From the NCBI GenBank assembly GCA_002269645.1, contig NIVC01000929.1, positions 24,717 to 88,716 on the forward strand: a stretch of 64,000 nucleotides of DNA. Reading direction: 5' to 3'. The position numbers and the translations under genes were made by a program. Positions 50,660 through 62,894 of the stretch are shown piece by piece. Origin of the DNA: Macrostomum lignano. Taxonomy: Eukaryota. The notes beneath the pieces are model-generated. The model was not told where the DNA came from and ran no database searches. It saw only the letters and a list, made by a program, of their open reading frames with translations. Numbering within the stretch: the stretch's first letter is position 1; each line of letters starts with the position of its first letter.

Positions 50660-53600
50660 ACCATTAGATGAGTTTATTAGGGTTTATCGATTTGAACCAA
50701 TGCAGAATGTCCTAGATTTTATTGAAACCCAACTTTCAAACGGATATAGTGTTGAAATTACAAACGCAAGAGTACAATATTTTTATAACAAAACCGGTGA
50801 TGATCGCGAAGAGATAAATCAATACTTAGCAACATTTTATAATATAAGTCAGTTTCAAGCTTGGTTTAAGCATTTGGTAGAAAACTACGACATGAATTTA
50901 AGTGTGTTTTCCGGAAGACTTAAAATGACACCAAATGAAATTACACTTAAACACGAAAGGTCAAAGCAGGGTATGGGTACAAATGTCATGTGTGAAATTG
51001 TGGAGTATCAAGATGAGTACTGTTACATACCTAGCGATGGAATTGTTTCTATAAGTGTGTTGAATTTATTTATGGCGATAAAGCCCCATCCAAAGACGAA
51101 TATGGTGCTTGGTTGTACGACTCAAGAACCCAAAGAGGTTTAATGACAAATTCAAGAATTGGAAAATTCAATGAATATTTTAATCTGAACATAGGGTTGT
51201 ATAATCCTAATAATCCTGGAATAGAACCGAAGTCTCGAAGAGGGATCACCACGATTGGTTATTAATAAATTACTATCACACACCCGATTACCACACATTG
51301 GTCATTATTGCCTTATATCCAATAAACAACGGGGAATCGCCCTCGATCGGATAAAAGACAATTATAAAGTAGTATTTAAAAACCCAACTTCTGAAAATGT
51401 TAAAGAGCTAAAAATGTTCAATACATCCACAAATCCGAATAAATCAAATGTATACATATTTGATTTTGAAACATATTTAAATTATAATCAACAAGCATGC
51501 CCGTATGCAGTTGGTCTTTTAAACTATAACGACTTTTCCAATAATTGTAATGAAACCCCAGAGGCAATAAAGAAACTAACTAAGATCTTGATTTCAGATC
51601 GCGGTTGTGATTTTCAAACAGACGGCGAGAAGGTTGACTGTGTTAGAAAAATGTTTAAATACCTTGGTTCAATTAGGTCAAAAAAGATTGTTTTGATCGC
51701 ACACAACTCATCCCGCTTCGATTCATACATACCACTATTTTGCAATATAAAACCAATTAAAATTCTTAAAACCCCAAGAGGAATATTATCAATCACTTTT
51801 GTAAACGATTACGCGTCAAAAGCGGTTAGGGCGTTTATAAACAAAATAAGAAGAAGAATCACAAGGATTCGAAACAAACCATTACGATGCTTTGCTCATA
51901 TCAACACGCCTCAATGAGTTTAAAAAAGTTTTGCTCGTCAATGACAATTAGAAAGGATTTGCGCAAGACCTCAATGGTTCATGACATTACCGAACACGAC
52001 TACCTAGAACGGATGGATGAATGGTATGAATATTTACAATTTGATCTTATTTCTTTATGCGCCTGTATTCATAAGTATAACGAAAAAGCATATAAAATTG
52101 GAGGAATGACAATGTTTGATACTCTTACATGTTCGAGTTTAACATTAAAATGTTGGTTTAAAGATTTTGTTAGAGTTGAAGACAAAATGAAACAATACCT
52201 AAAGACAAAAGAAAAAACTAATTACATTAAAAAAGTTGAAGAAATAATATCTCCTTTGAAAATCGAAGATTATTTTGACTTGAGCAAACTTGAAAAAACG
52301 AAATACCAACCACTATTAAGAAAAGAATTTTCAGTTCACTCTCACACCAACCCTTATATAAGAAGGTTTATGCGAGACGCAGTCAAAGGAGGCAGAGTAT
52401 TTGCACTAATAAATAAATACGAAAGCGACTGTTTTCAAACAATCGTAGACATCGTAAAAGATCATTTAAAAACACCAACAAGCGACCCATGCGAGGTTAT
52501 ATCAACTTATCTCAAAAGCGACATGGAAGAAAAAAAGAAAATCGCAATCAAACTAAAAAACCAATTGGGTACCGTATCAGATTGCTTAATGAATTTTGAT
52601 GGAGTCTCGTTGTACCCATCCGCCATGTCTGATAAGGATAGCGAATATCCAAGAGCAGAAACAGCCAGAGTTTTTGATATAAGCGAGGAAAAAGATTTCT
52701 TGACACAATTTAATTCACAAACCTTTCGACCAAAAACAGCGGTTTTAAAGATTATGTATGAGAATCCTACTAACGTTTTTCTTCAACATCTCCCATCGAA
52801 AGATAAAGAGAAATTTTATAATCCGGAAACAAAAGCAAATGAAACAAAAACATTAAATAGGTTTAGAAATGGAAAGGTAATTGACACCCTATGTTCCGTA
52901 GACATACAAGAAATTGTAAGAATGGGTGGAAAAATATTAAAGATATACAGTGGAATTGTATATGAAAAAAATTACGATTTCTCTCCGTTTCAGAATTATA
53001 TTACAAACCTTTTCGAAATGAGAAAAGTATTTAAAAAAGAAAATAATGAGGCGGGTTCTGAATTGGTAAAAACATTGTTAAATTCCTTATATGGTAAAAC
53101 GGTTCAAAGAGACATTACTTTCACAACTCATCTCTGGAATTTGCAAACATTAAAAAAAGAATACGACGACACAATCAAGTCTTATGAGAAAATATGTGAT
53201 GACTTATTTTATGTTGAAAAAAAGAAAGACACACAAGAATATGTAGATGACGACGATAATCCTACAACAGGTCTTTGTCCGGCGCAATTAGACATATTTA
53301 TTTTAGCTCATTCAAGAAGGATCATAAATAATTTTATCACGTCTATAGACGGTTCAAAGACTCCAGAAATTTATTACGGCGACACCGACTCGTTATATAA
53401 ACATAAAAAACATTGGGATAAATTAAATAAAAACGGGCATGTCGGAAATAATTTAAGTCAAGGAAAAAACGATTATGGAGAGGGTGGAATTATATTCGGA
53501 TATTTTATCGCTCCTAAAATTAAATATTGTCTTTTGTTGAAAGACGATTTTATTATGGAAGAGAAAGAAACAATTATTGGATGTGCAAATGATAAGGTTA

Positions 53601-53956
53601 ATTTCGCATCGTTTAAAACTTTATATGATGGTCAATCAATAAAAGTAAATAATAATGCTCCGTGGAAACGATCGTTTGAAGGTGGCATAACAATTCCTCA
53701 AAGCGGCTCAACCATATCAAAAACATTTACTTCTACGATAAACACATATAAAAGAGAAAAACCGGATAAAAACGGAGTTATGAAACCATTCTTTAAAAAC
53801 TATTTTGATGATAAACCAGAACACGAACATTCAATTGAATATTATAACAGTTTACTTTTTGACGTTGACTATAATTGTTTTGAGTTTGATATCATATCGG
53901 ATTGGAAACATATCGTCACCATAATCACTATATTTCTGATTGATAATTATATTTAA
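50660..53956 (+). CDS. polB: Protein-primed family B DNA polymerase (pPolB), broken by at least 3 frameshifts
   Basis: ExoI YIFDFETY, ExoII AHNSSRFD, ExoIII YLQFDLISL, motif A FDGVSLYPSAM, motif B KTLLNSLYGK and motif C YGDTDSLY, spread over ORFs 50700, 51255 and 51887. Confidence 0.93.
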
Positions 53957-54030
53957 TTTTTTATTAATATCATTTATTTCACGTTCTTTTGTAACCAGGA
54001 TCTTTAGTGTCTCCATTTTCTTATAAAAAT

Positions 54031-54402
54031 TTAGTCATCGTCTTCGTAGTCCTCCCAAACGGAAGCCAATTTTACAGTCCTATCACTCTTTTTATTTTTT
54101 GTTTGTTTTAGTTTAAATTGCAGCCCAATATCCAGACTGTATTTCATAATAAAAGTTTTCGGCTTATTAATAACTAAAACAGGAAAATTTTTAACATCAT
54201 CTCCGCTTAGACATAGGACTGTGTTATCACTCAACTGTAAAAATATTGATTGAATTCCAATAAATTTAACCTGTCGCAAACATATAATATCATACTCCTT
54301 ATGCTCCAGAGAATTGGGTGTGAGAAAATTAATCACATTAGAATCGGTTTTGAACCAATGTTCCATTTTTAATCTAAAAAAATAACAAAAAATGAAAGAC
54401 AT
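54031..54402 (-). CDS. Hypothetical Polinton protein, 123 aa
   Basis: Open ORF in the gene-dense viral region; no motif recognised. Confidence 0.5.
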   Translation of the reverse strand: MSFIFCYFFRLKMEHWFKTDSNVINFLTPNSLEHKEYDIICLRQVKFIGIQSIFLQLSDNTVLCLSGDDVKNFPVLVINKPKTFIMKYSLDIGLQFKLKQTKNKKSDRTVKLASVWEDYEDDD

Positions 54403-54619
54403 TTACGAATGTAAAAAATTTAATGTGACTATGCATAGAGGTCAAACAGAAAACGGAGATATATATCATATGTGTTATTCGTGTTCTAAGATATATCAAT
54501 TTGAAAAAACAAAAAAGATTGAAAACTCATATTACTATTTTAAAAACATAATTATAAAAAATCTTACACGGGATATTTCCAATCCAACTTTAATCCCCGG
54601 AAATAATTTTTATTTATAG
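54392..54619 (+). CDS. Small hypothetical protein with a CxxC, 75 aa
   Basis: AAAAATG start; YECKKF..HMCYSCSK. Confidence 0.45.
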   Translation: MKDIYECKKFNVTMHRGQTENGDIYHMCYSCSKIYQFEKTKKIENSYYYFKNIIIKNLTRDISNPTLIPGNNFYL

Positions 54620-54752
54620 AATAACTTTTTCAATTTAAATCAAGGTAAGGGATTAAGTTCGAAAGACGCTGAAAGGATTTTAATTTTAGTTGGATATTAT
54701 TTCAATTTCCTTATGCGAGAGAACACAAAGTTTATAAGGATAGGCAACATAC

Positions 54753-55547
54753 CTAACGAAATGCTATTGAAAAGTAATTGGAATTTTTACGTATTGATAA
54801 AAAATTTAAACCTCGAATTACAAGAGAGTTACCACTTTGGAAAGAATATATAACGTATGCATTAAATAAACTACACAACATGAAGTTCGACCGAACCTCC
54901 GGTTCGCGAATAAGTCCGACCGTACTTCCTGACCGCGGGCTTTGGACACCCGTTGCTAGAGTATCAGGCTTGTATTCTAACGTTTCTATAGGTGGAGGTT
55001 TGGGTTTGTCGAGTCGTAATTCCTTCAATTCCATATCTGTAAAAGTTTCAACATCCAAAATTCTATTTCCATCTTTTAAATATTTTTCATATAATTCAAC
55101 CGCTGTTGATAGCTCATGAATTGTTATCTCTCCATCATCTAGAATTTTTTGAACATATAAATATAACTGATTTTTATATTGTTTAGCAACATGTCTTAAT
55201 GATTTATACTTTTCCTTTCTTTTTTTAAGATATAATTTAATTGCCAAAAGAATTGATAAGTTTCTGATTATTTCAAAACCTGATATTGAACCAATTGAAA
55301 TACCTAAAAATAATTGAGATAAATTAAGAGTTGGAATAGACTGTAAAATACCCAAAACAATTACACATAACATCGATAAGCTTCCAAAACCAATATTAAA
55401 AAAATCCATATTCCTAATATGGTTTGAAACTCTTCTTACTTTTTTACTATATAAATCATAATCATAATTTATTCGATCAACATTACTTAACATGTGACCC
55501 TTACGTTGGTTGAATCGGTCGCGTTTCATTTTATCTGCCTCGGACAC
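54753..55547 (-). CDS. Conserved Maverick/adintovirus membrane protein (GasderminX-type as recalled)
   Basis: Two hydrophobic segments followed by KKRKEKYKSLRHVAKQYKNQL..KILDDGEITIHEL..ELYEKY, matching the recalled K.KKH..I..LA..KLN.I...AL.DG.IS..EF motif. Confidence 0.6.
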   Translation of the reverse strand: MSEADKMKRDRFNQRKGHMLSNVDRINYDYDLYSKKVRRVSNHIRNMDFFNIGFGSLSMLCVIVLGILQSIPTLNLSQLFLGISIGSISGFEIIRNLSILLAIKLYLKKRKEKYKSLRHVAKQYKNQLYLYVQKILDDGEITIHELSTAVELYEKYLKDGNRILDVETFTDMELKELRLDKPKPPPIETLEYKPDTLATGVQSPRSGSTVGLIREPEVRSNFMLCSLFNAYVIYSFQSGNSLVIRGLNFLSIRKNSNYFSIAFR

Positions 55548-55869
55548 CGATATTTTCGTCTATTTTTAATAGCACCAAAATGAACTCCCCGCGCTCTTTG
55601 GGAATCTGCCCCGAGCTCAAAAAGTATTGGATTGGAGTTATTCTTTCTTTTTTCTCCCATTTAAATCCAATCTTCCAAAACTCTTGAAGTATGATATGGT
55701 TTTTTAATATTTTAATTAATTCTTGAAGCTTTTTATTATCCTGAACATTTACAGTGCTAAATAAAAATTTGGTATAAGATTTAAAAGTTTTTATATTTGA
55801 CTCTTGTTTAGGAATCGGAATGACAATGTTGTTATTTTGTCTCATAGATGGAGTTCTACTAAAAGCCAT
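55531..55869 (-). CDS. Hypothetical Polinton protein, 112 aa
   Basis: AAAATG start, open frame, overlaps the next gene head to tail. Confidence 0.5.
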   Translation of the reverse strand: MAFSRTPSMRQNNNIVIPIPKQESNIKTFKSYTKFLFSTVNVQDNKKLQELIKILKNHIILQEFWKIGFKWEKKERITPIQYFLSSGQIPKERGEFILVLLKIDENIGVRGR

Positions 55870-55940
55870 TTTATATAGAGATATTTAGGTTATCGTGCAA
55901 AGCACGCGACCCTACGGGGCGATCGGACGATGCTCGCGCC

Positions 55941-57868
55941 TTAAGTTATTTGGACTGTGGGCTTCTCTAAACATGCGCTCGCAGCAAAACTATATCCTGC
56001 TGATGTGCTACCACAAGCTGCTGCGCCGCGAATAAAATGTGCGGCATCTGCTCCTCCGGTTCTAGCACAAAAACCCATAAGCGTTCCCGTTTTATCTAAC
56101 TCTCCCCATGTCCCACTATCATATGTGAAGAAATTTTGCCCAATTAGTGTGTATGCTTTAGTTGAAAATTGAATGAACTTAATTGATACCAAACCCTTTG
56201 ATTAAGAATATTGATTTTAAACAGATGCCAATCACCGTTATCAATATTGGCGTAGGTTACTGTTTGATCCGCGTCACTACTAACATCATTACGGACTGTT
56301 GCGCCGTCTGATTTTTTATTACTCCAAACAACTACAAATCGATCCGTCCACTCACTAGCAAACACTATCAAACCGGCGTCGGTTGTTAATCCAGACCCAA
56401 ATTCTGCTGTTGGTCGTTCGTGACAATATGCATAAAACCAAACATCTGCACCATCTCCTCCAGAATTAGCAACTCTGAAAAAGAAGGAAGCTGCAATATT
56501 TTTAAAATGTGTGAAATTGAATTGTAATGCCCCACTTACACCTGAGGTTTCGCGGGTAATTCTAGCACCATTTTGATAATCAATATATGAAGCGTCACTA
56601 ATAAAACTTCCTGTTGGAAAAATATCACCAGCGGTGGTTGGATTTTGGTATCCAGTCCAATTGCAAATGACTGGCTCAAATAAAGTGGCATCAATCGCAG
56701 GTATTCCATCCAATTTTATTTTATCGTTAAAAGACATTCGGCCATCCGCCGTTTGGGTTACAACCGTATCAACATAACCTTTAGTAGCAACAGAAGTGTT
56801 ATCGTTTATGGTCGAGGTATTAGTAATTGTATTACCACCCATATCCACTGATTGATTAACTACTCCCAAATTTAAATCAAGAATTGTAAAAGTCTGTCGA
56901 TAAATCTGGAAGGTTGACAGTCCGGGATTGGTAGAACCAGAGGTTGATGTAAGACAGAACAATCTGAAATATGTATAGGTTTTATCAAAATTTTGTGTGA
57001 CATTAAATGTTTGAGTTGAGTTATTTATTGCTACGGAACTATCTGCCGGTATTAAAACATCCCAACTTGTATTGTCATTACTCCCCTCAAACCGCCATGA
57101 CGCGGGGTGCTCGGTTGAGGGAGATGGTCTACCACGCAAATCAATTTTATAACACATTATAGCGGATGGGCATTGAACCTTAATCCAATAATCGGTTTGT
57201 GTATTATTGGTTGCCCAATCTGTTGAATCATCCCCATCAAAAGCTTTCCAACTTGCAAAATCGGTTGTATTAAATGCGGTGCTTGCGGTTATTGCAAAAC
57301 CATTTCCACACCAATCTGACATTGTTGGTACATGGCCGGTTTCAACCGTTTGGAATCGATCCTGTTTTGGAATTCCACCTCCAACTAAATTATCAACTTC
57401 AGTTTTAGTATATGAATCAGCAACATTCCGTTTCAAATTTAACGAATCATCAATTTCTGTTTTGTTATAAGAATCAGCAACATTCCGTTTTAAATTTAGA
57501 GAATTATCAACTTCGGTTTTGGTATATGAATCACTGATATCTCTTTTCAAATTTAACGAATTATCAACTTCGTTTTTGGTATAAGAATCAGCAACATTCC
57601 GTTTTAAATTTAGTGAATTATCAATTTCTGTTTTGGTATAAGAATCGGCTGTATTGCGTTTTAAATTTAATGAATCATCGATTTGCGTTTTGGTATAGGA
57701 ATCTGCAACATTCCGTTTTAAATTTAGTTTAGTATCACTTTCAGTTTTTTTATAACCTTCGTCTTCATTAATATATCGGTTGTCTCTGAATGTAACGCTG
57801 ATTCCGCCAGATCCGCCACCACCAGCACTTGTTGTTCCGTTCCATGAGGGTGTTCCACTAAATAACAT
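55941..57868 (-). CDS. Fibre/attachment-like protein: six 19-aa repeats, F5/8C (discoidin) domain and ConA/L-lectin-like domain; frameshift at ~56190
   Basis: (LNLKRNVADSYTKTEIDNS)x6; SWKAFDGD..DW..WIKV..SWRFEGSND..W..YFRL; GGDGADVWF..NGDWHLFKI, then in the second frame GFCARTGGADAAHFIR. Confidence 0.75.
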
Positions 57869-57877
57869 TTTTACTGC

Positions 57878-58337
57878 CTATTTTATAGAGTCTAAAATCT
57901 TCTTAAAGTCTTCGGGTGTTTCCTTCGAGTTTTTGATCGAACCTTTGGTTCGCGGACTCCGTCCGATCTTATATAAAAAATGCAACGCTGCTTGTCCACA
58001 ATAACTTTTATCAAAGGTTTGAAATTGTTCGTGATAATCTCCACATAAACGGTTTTTAGTATGATTAAATTTGTCTTTTATTTCCTGTAACGGAGGTAAT
58101 CAAAAAAATAAACAAGTTTGGGTTTTGAATAAACTGCTGACCAATGAACACCATTTTCTTTTGTTGTTTCTATATTGACAATGTAAGATCCATATCTTGG
58201 TAAGTCTTTTATTTCATCTCGCATAACACATCTGAATGGTTTTATCTTTAATTGCCTCGCCTAATTTGTTAATTCAATATTGCTTGTTGTGGCAGTTCCA
58301 TATCTTTTTTTAAAATCGCCCAACACGTTAATGCCAT
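57878..58337 (-). pseudogene. Adenain-like cysteine protease (not in the ORF track because of a stop and frameshifts)
   Basis: Manual translation: TSNIELTN*ARQLKIKPFRCVMRDEI..YIVNIETTKENGVHWSAVY..VYFFD / LPPLQEI..QFQTFDKSYCGQAALHFL. H, D, Q and C catalytic residues are present; the usual SFG after FFD is deleted. Confidence 0.85.
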
Positions 58338-58338
58338 T

Positions 58339-58509
58339 TTATGTTCCTGAAAAACTCTTGGTTTTAGTTAGTTTCTTATCCGGTGGTTTTAATAATTCCT
58401 TTCGGGTTTTTTCTGCTTGAAGCTGTTTCAATTTTGTTAGTTCGATATCATAATTATCCTTTGCTTTTTGAACTTTATCCGATTGTTTTTTTAAAGCATT
58501 GTTACCCAT
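58339..58509 (-). CDS. Small basic hypothetical protein, 56 aa
   Basis: AAAAATG-MGNNALKKQ..TKSFSGT*, filling the gap between penton and protease. Confidence 0.4.
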   Translation of the reverse strand: MGNNALKKQSDKVQKAKDNYDIELTKLKQLQAEKTRKELLKPPDKKLTKTKSFSGT

Positions 58510-58522
58510 TTTTACTATATAA

Positions 58523-59307
58523 TTAAACCTGTTTTATACGTAAAATTACTGTTATTGCTTGTCCGCCAAAACTAATTATACGATCTGAATCATCAACAAC
58601 TCTTACATAAATTGATTGTAAATGATATTGATTTAAAGGATAATATATTGGGGTTTGGGGTGCAACAATCATTTTATCTCCAATTGGAACAGCAAGAAAG
58701 GGGATTGAATAAATGATTCCACGCTGAACCAAAACACCATTATCATCTGTTATATAACCACCGTTCGAAATATCAGTTGTTATATTAATTGTATTAACTC
58801 CGCCCTCAATGTTTCCCACGTATCGCCGGTGCTTGATGTGGTAACGATTCGTGAATTAAATCCGAGTATGGTTCTAAGTGAATTTGCAATTGTGAAATCA
58901 AACTGATATCCAGCAGCTAAAGTCAAGGTAAATCTTCCCGATGGTAAATCAACTCCTATAACAATTGCATCTGCTACCCAATCACCATTAGCAGTTAAAT
59001 CAGCTTGTATTACAGCATTCAAATCAGTATAGTTATATGCTCCGGGTGTTATAGTAATTGTTGTCCACTTTGCTCCTGAATCTTTAGAATACCTAAATTG
59101 ATTATTTGTTGCATTAATTAATTGGGGCATGTTGAAAACCGAAAACATTATCAAACCAATTTGATAACTTAGACTTTGATCGAGTTGTAACGGATCGCGC
59201 AATTGAATCCGTTGTTCGCTGCTTGTCATTATAAACTGTAATGTTGTACTAAATTTTGAATTGGTTCGATCGACCAATTGTTTTATAGTATCTAAATTTG
59301 TAGCCAT
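58523..59307 (-). CDS. Minor capsid (penton, PX) protein, one frameshift at ~58819
   Basis: PLQLDQSLSYQIGL..FN..INATNNQF..ITITPGAYN..DLN..DFT..SLRTILGF; then GIIYSI..VPIGDK..PIYYPL..IYVRVVD..ISFGGQAITVILRIK. Confidence 0.85.
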
Positions 59308-59413
59308 TTTTATAGTTGGGAAAGCGGACTTAGTCCGCGTTCCTTCGGGGCGACCTACTCCTCATTTTCATTATCCTCTTTTATCAGATCTGTTAAGATA
59401 CGATTTCTCCTTT

Positions 59414-60146
59414 CTAACCTAGGGTTGATATATAAAAATGTTTGTATTGACTATCATCCCAATTTTTTTTACACATAATTTTAAATGGTTTTGTATCCAA
59501 CCCAGGATTAAATCTTGCGTGTATATTTTGTAGATCATAGTTATCTAAATCAAACATTACACAACAGCTAGCATTCTTTTTTATAATCGAATATAATTCT
59601 CTAAATGACTGTGTTAGATAAAACGCTCCAATTCCATCTCCTCTGCCACTAACAAAAATTTCCTTTTGCAATTCTTGATCGCCGTCGTTAATACAATCAT
59701 CAAAAATAATTAGTGTTTTATCATCTTTTGGAATTTGATCATAGGATATTCGGGTTGATACTCTAACGGTTGGTGATCGGACGAAGTCCGCGACCCTATG
59801 GGGCGATCTTTCGGTTGTGTTTTCTGGCGCTTGTGCCGTTGTTTTACATAAATCCTCAATGTCATCGAGTGTAAAGTTTGGTTCGTCGTCATCCTCATAT
59901 TGCTCATACGCTCTTAACATTCTAAAAAAACATCTTTTTTTAATTTGTTTTTTAATCCATGTTTAAGAAATTCATAATTTTTAATTCGGGTTTGTTAGTA
60001 TAAATTATTAAATTATTATAGTCTAACATTCCATCGGTTGTTAACAGGTCATAAACAAAGTGTGTTTTTCCTTTACCCGATCCCCCAATTACTAAACAAA
60101 GAAAAGGATCGTTTGGAAATATCTTATTATGTTTTGCTTTTACCAT
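59414..60146 (-). CDS. FtsK/A32-like DNA packaging ATPase, frameshifted near 59950
   Basis: Walker A GGSGKGKT, Walker B LIIFDD, then GR and YLTQS motifs. Confidence 0.88.
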
Positions 60147-60196
60147 TTTTAAGGAAATAATTTAAATAGGGGGCGACGGTCGGAGACCTGCACCGC

Positions 60197-61678
60197 TTAA
60201 AATGGCGCGTCCCGAACGATGGTGTTGTCGGCTTTGGCAATTGCCAGATATTCCTCTAGAAACAATACGTGGGCGTCTAGTGCCTGATTACCAGTTTTAT
60301 TAATCTCTAACATATAATTAAAACCAACATTGGCTACGTTTTCTTTCTGTGCGGTTAGATAAAAAACAACCACTGGATGAATGTTTAGAAACTCTGTGGG
60401 AGTATATTGAGGAACAGCATACGCTTCATTTTTGACATAATCCTGATAATATTTTATAAAATCATTAACATTATTATTTCCAAGATTTAGATTAAGGGGG
60501 TCTTTAACCGGATAATATTGATCATCAACCTGCAGGCGGATATTCTGGACATTAAACTCGTTAATCGCTGAAACCGCGTTGTCGGTTGCGGTGGCTGCTT
60601 GTGCTGCTACGTCACCTGATTGAAGCCAATATAAATCCCCGTTTGCTCTTTTGCTCCTTCTGTTTGTTATCTTAAACCAAACAAAAATATACCTCACCCG
60701 ACGTTTTGATGTCAGTATTTGCCACTGACATTTTCCTGGTTGTTATTAATGGTTCGCATAAAGTGTCGACGATTCAAATAAAATATTTCTTGATCAAGCT
60801 CTAACTGATCATCGATGTGTTTTACCTGGTAAAAGCGGAGCCGTTACCTCAATAGTTGGTACGACTAATTGAATTGAAGCTATGCGAGCAGCTATATCGG
60901 TTGAAATCGAAGTTCCATAAAGTATCCTCCTAGGTTGATATCCACCAGATATTTGCAACTGTATACCAAATTTTAATCCTTTCCATACACGATTTGGTGA
61001 GAAGAACCCAAATAGTGGGAAGATTGAAAAGTCCTGCTCATATGCGGTTGCCGTGGTTAAAACCTCGACTGGAATTTATTCTGACGATCTATAAAACCGG
61101 TGTTCATATCTTTTGTGTTAGTCATGGTAGTTACAACTGGAACTATATTGGTATTAAGATAAGCAATAAGAGCTGCGGTATCTGCGCCTGCTGCGTTTTG
61201 TACGTTGGGGAAAACTACTGCTTGACCATTACCCTTATCCGGCATCCATCCAACACTATCACCAACTTGTTTTTATAAATAAGTATAATTTAAATGTTTC
61301 AAAACTCCATTAATCTCTGCTGGGTTTGATGCTGTCTCAACCTCGGCTCCATTAACTGTTAGTTGGGCTTGGGAAAAAACATTTATAAAACCAATCATTT
61401 TCTATAATAATACCAGATCGGTCAGCTATATCACCAGCTACCAGGGCAGTTCCATCGTTTCTGGTATACAACCATCTAACGCGGAAAAACGCATTTTTCA
61501 TATCCAATATGCTGCTGGTTGCGCCGATGTCAAATGTTACTGTTCCCGTAGTAAAATTGTTTGAATTATCACTTGTTGGTTGAGTAAAATTTAAATCTCT
61601 TTTCCTGACCTCATTAATATACTGACGGTGCTTTTTGAAATGAAATTTATCACTCCATATGGTTTTTGTTTCAGCCAT
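60197..61678 (-). pseudogene. Major capsid protein (double jelly-roll, PY/hexon-like) with several frameshifts and stops
   Basis: Fragments TFDI..SSILDMKNAFFRVR, QAQLTVNGAEVE, FPLFGFF, RYIFVWFK and NIRLQVDDQYYP..LNLNLGNN..YYQDY..FLNIHPVVVFYLTAQKE fit the Polinton MCP pattern, next to the ATPase and penton. Confidence 0.8.
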
Positions 61679-61712
61679 TTTTTTAAGTTAAAAAAGTTTT
61701 TTATATTAAAAA

Positions 61713-62390
61713 ATGAGTCAGTTTATGGATGTTGATGGAGAGTTAGCGATTTATAAAGAGAAGCAAAGATATTCTGATTTTGTTAGAGATTTACAAAAAA
61801 GAAAGTTGGGAATACAGTTGGCTGGTGAGAAATTTGCTGCTCCTTTTGTTAATCCTATTACGGGGAAAATTAGTGAACTAGAAAAAACAGATAAAGACCT
61901 TCTTGAAAAAATTGCTAAGAATACGGAACCAAAAGAGGACGATGTTGTGGAGGATGAGCCGCCTGCTTATGATGTTGATCAAGCACTATTGCGAGTTGCA
62001 GAGATTAAGAGTGCAGAACGGGGTGGAGTTGAACAATATTCTAGAGCTGCACCACAAAGTATTGGTGTGACAGATTTAGGTAATGATAATTATCGAATTG
62101 GTGGAGTTGATAAAAATCGGAATGAACTATATAGAGGATTGGGTGGAGCATATAATATTATTATGAACCCTAGAGTAAAGTTTAATCCTGATTTATATAC
62201 TGAGGATGAATTAGTAAGCGCTAGAAATTTTTATGATGAGTTAGGAGTAAGAGCTGCTAAAAACACCAGTTTGTATAAAAGGATTGTTGGTTCTATAAAT
62301 AACAAAAGGGCTGTTGGTGATGGTTTAAAAACTCCTCGAAAACTCGTTTTAGCCGCTGCCAAAGCTGCAGGACATACTGGAATTAATTAA
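61713..62390 (+). CDS. PZ-like conserved Polinton protein, 225 aa
   Basis: N-terminal K.FAAPFVNPI..KISEL and C-terminal LVLAAAKAAGHTGIN resemble the PZ motifs FKPI and LL.AS..AGNTG..N (recalled). Confidence 0.55.
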   Translation: MSQFMDVDGELAIYKEKQRYSDFVRDLQKRKLGIQLAGEKFAAPFVNPITGKISELEKTDKDLLEKIAKNTEPKEDDVVEDEPPAYDVDQALLRVAEIKSAERGGVEQYSRAAPQSIGVTDLGNDNYRIGGVDKNRNELYRGLGGAYNIIMNPRVKFNPDLYTEDELVSARNFYDELGVRAAKNTSLYKRIVGSINNKRAVGDGLKTPRKLVLAAAKAAGHTGIN

Positions 62391-62406
62391 ATTTTATTTT
62401 TTTAAA

Positions 62407-62892
62407 ATGGAAAATACGATAAAAGATTGTCTTTGTAAACCTATTTATGATAAGGTTGGTTCTGACAGAATACTAAATAAAATATTTCAAGATGAATTAA
62501 TAATTGCAAACCGTATTAAAACAATTCAAATGAGACTTGGATCTCTTTATGAATTATTAGCTATTGAACATTTTGGTTTTGGAAAAATAAAGAAAATTGA
62601 TTTAATTCATACCGAAAGAAAAATTGCGTTAGAGTTAAAATCTTCTGATAATACAGATAATTCATCAAGTCGATTTAGAAATATTCAAAAGTTATTAGAA
62701 TTTAAATATGTTAATCTTGAATTTGATTTATATTATATTTGCATTAATAATACTACTAAAAACCCCGTACAGAAGATATTTGATAATGGTGTTACCTTGT
62801 TAACAGGGGAGTTTGCTTTAAATTTTTTATATGGCGATCAATATTTGGAGATCATTAAACTGATAGAGAATTGTTTTTTAATTAACCATTAA
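62407..62892 (+). CDS. PD-(D/E)XK restriction-endonuclease-like nuclease (Eco47II-like as recalled), intact 161 aa
   Basis: IKTIQMRLGSLYE (helix), IDL (D), ALELKSSDNTDNSSS (E-x-K followed by NTxNSSS), then L..GEFALNFLYG. Confidence 0.7.
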   Translation: MENTIKDCLCKPIYDKVGSDRILNKIFQDELIIANRIKTIQMRLGSLYELLAIEHFGFGKIKKIDLIHTERKIALELKSSDNTDNSSSRFRNIQKLLEFKYVNLEFDLYYICINNTTKNPVQKIFDNGVTLLTGEFALNFLYGDQYLEIIKLIENCFLINH

Positions 62893-62894
62893 AA

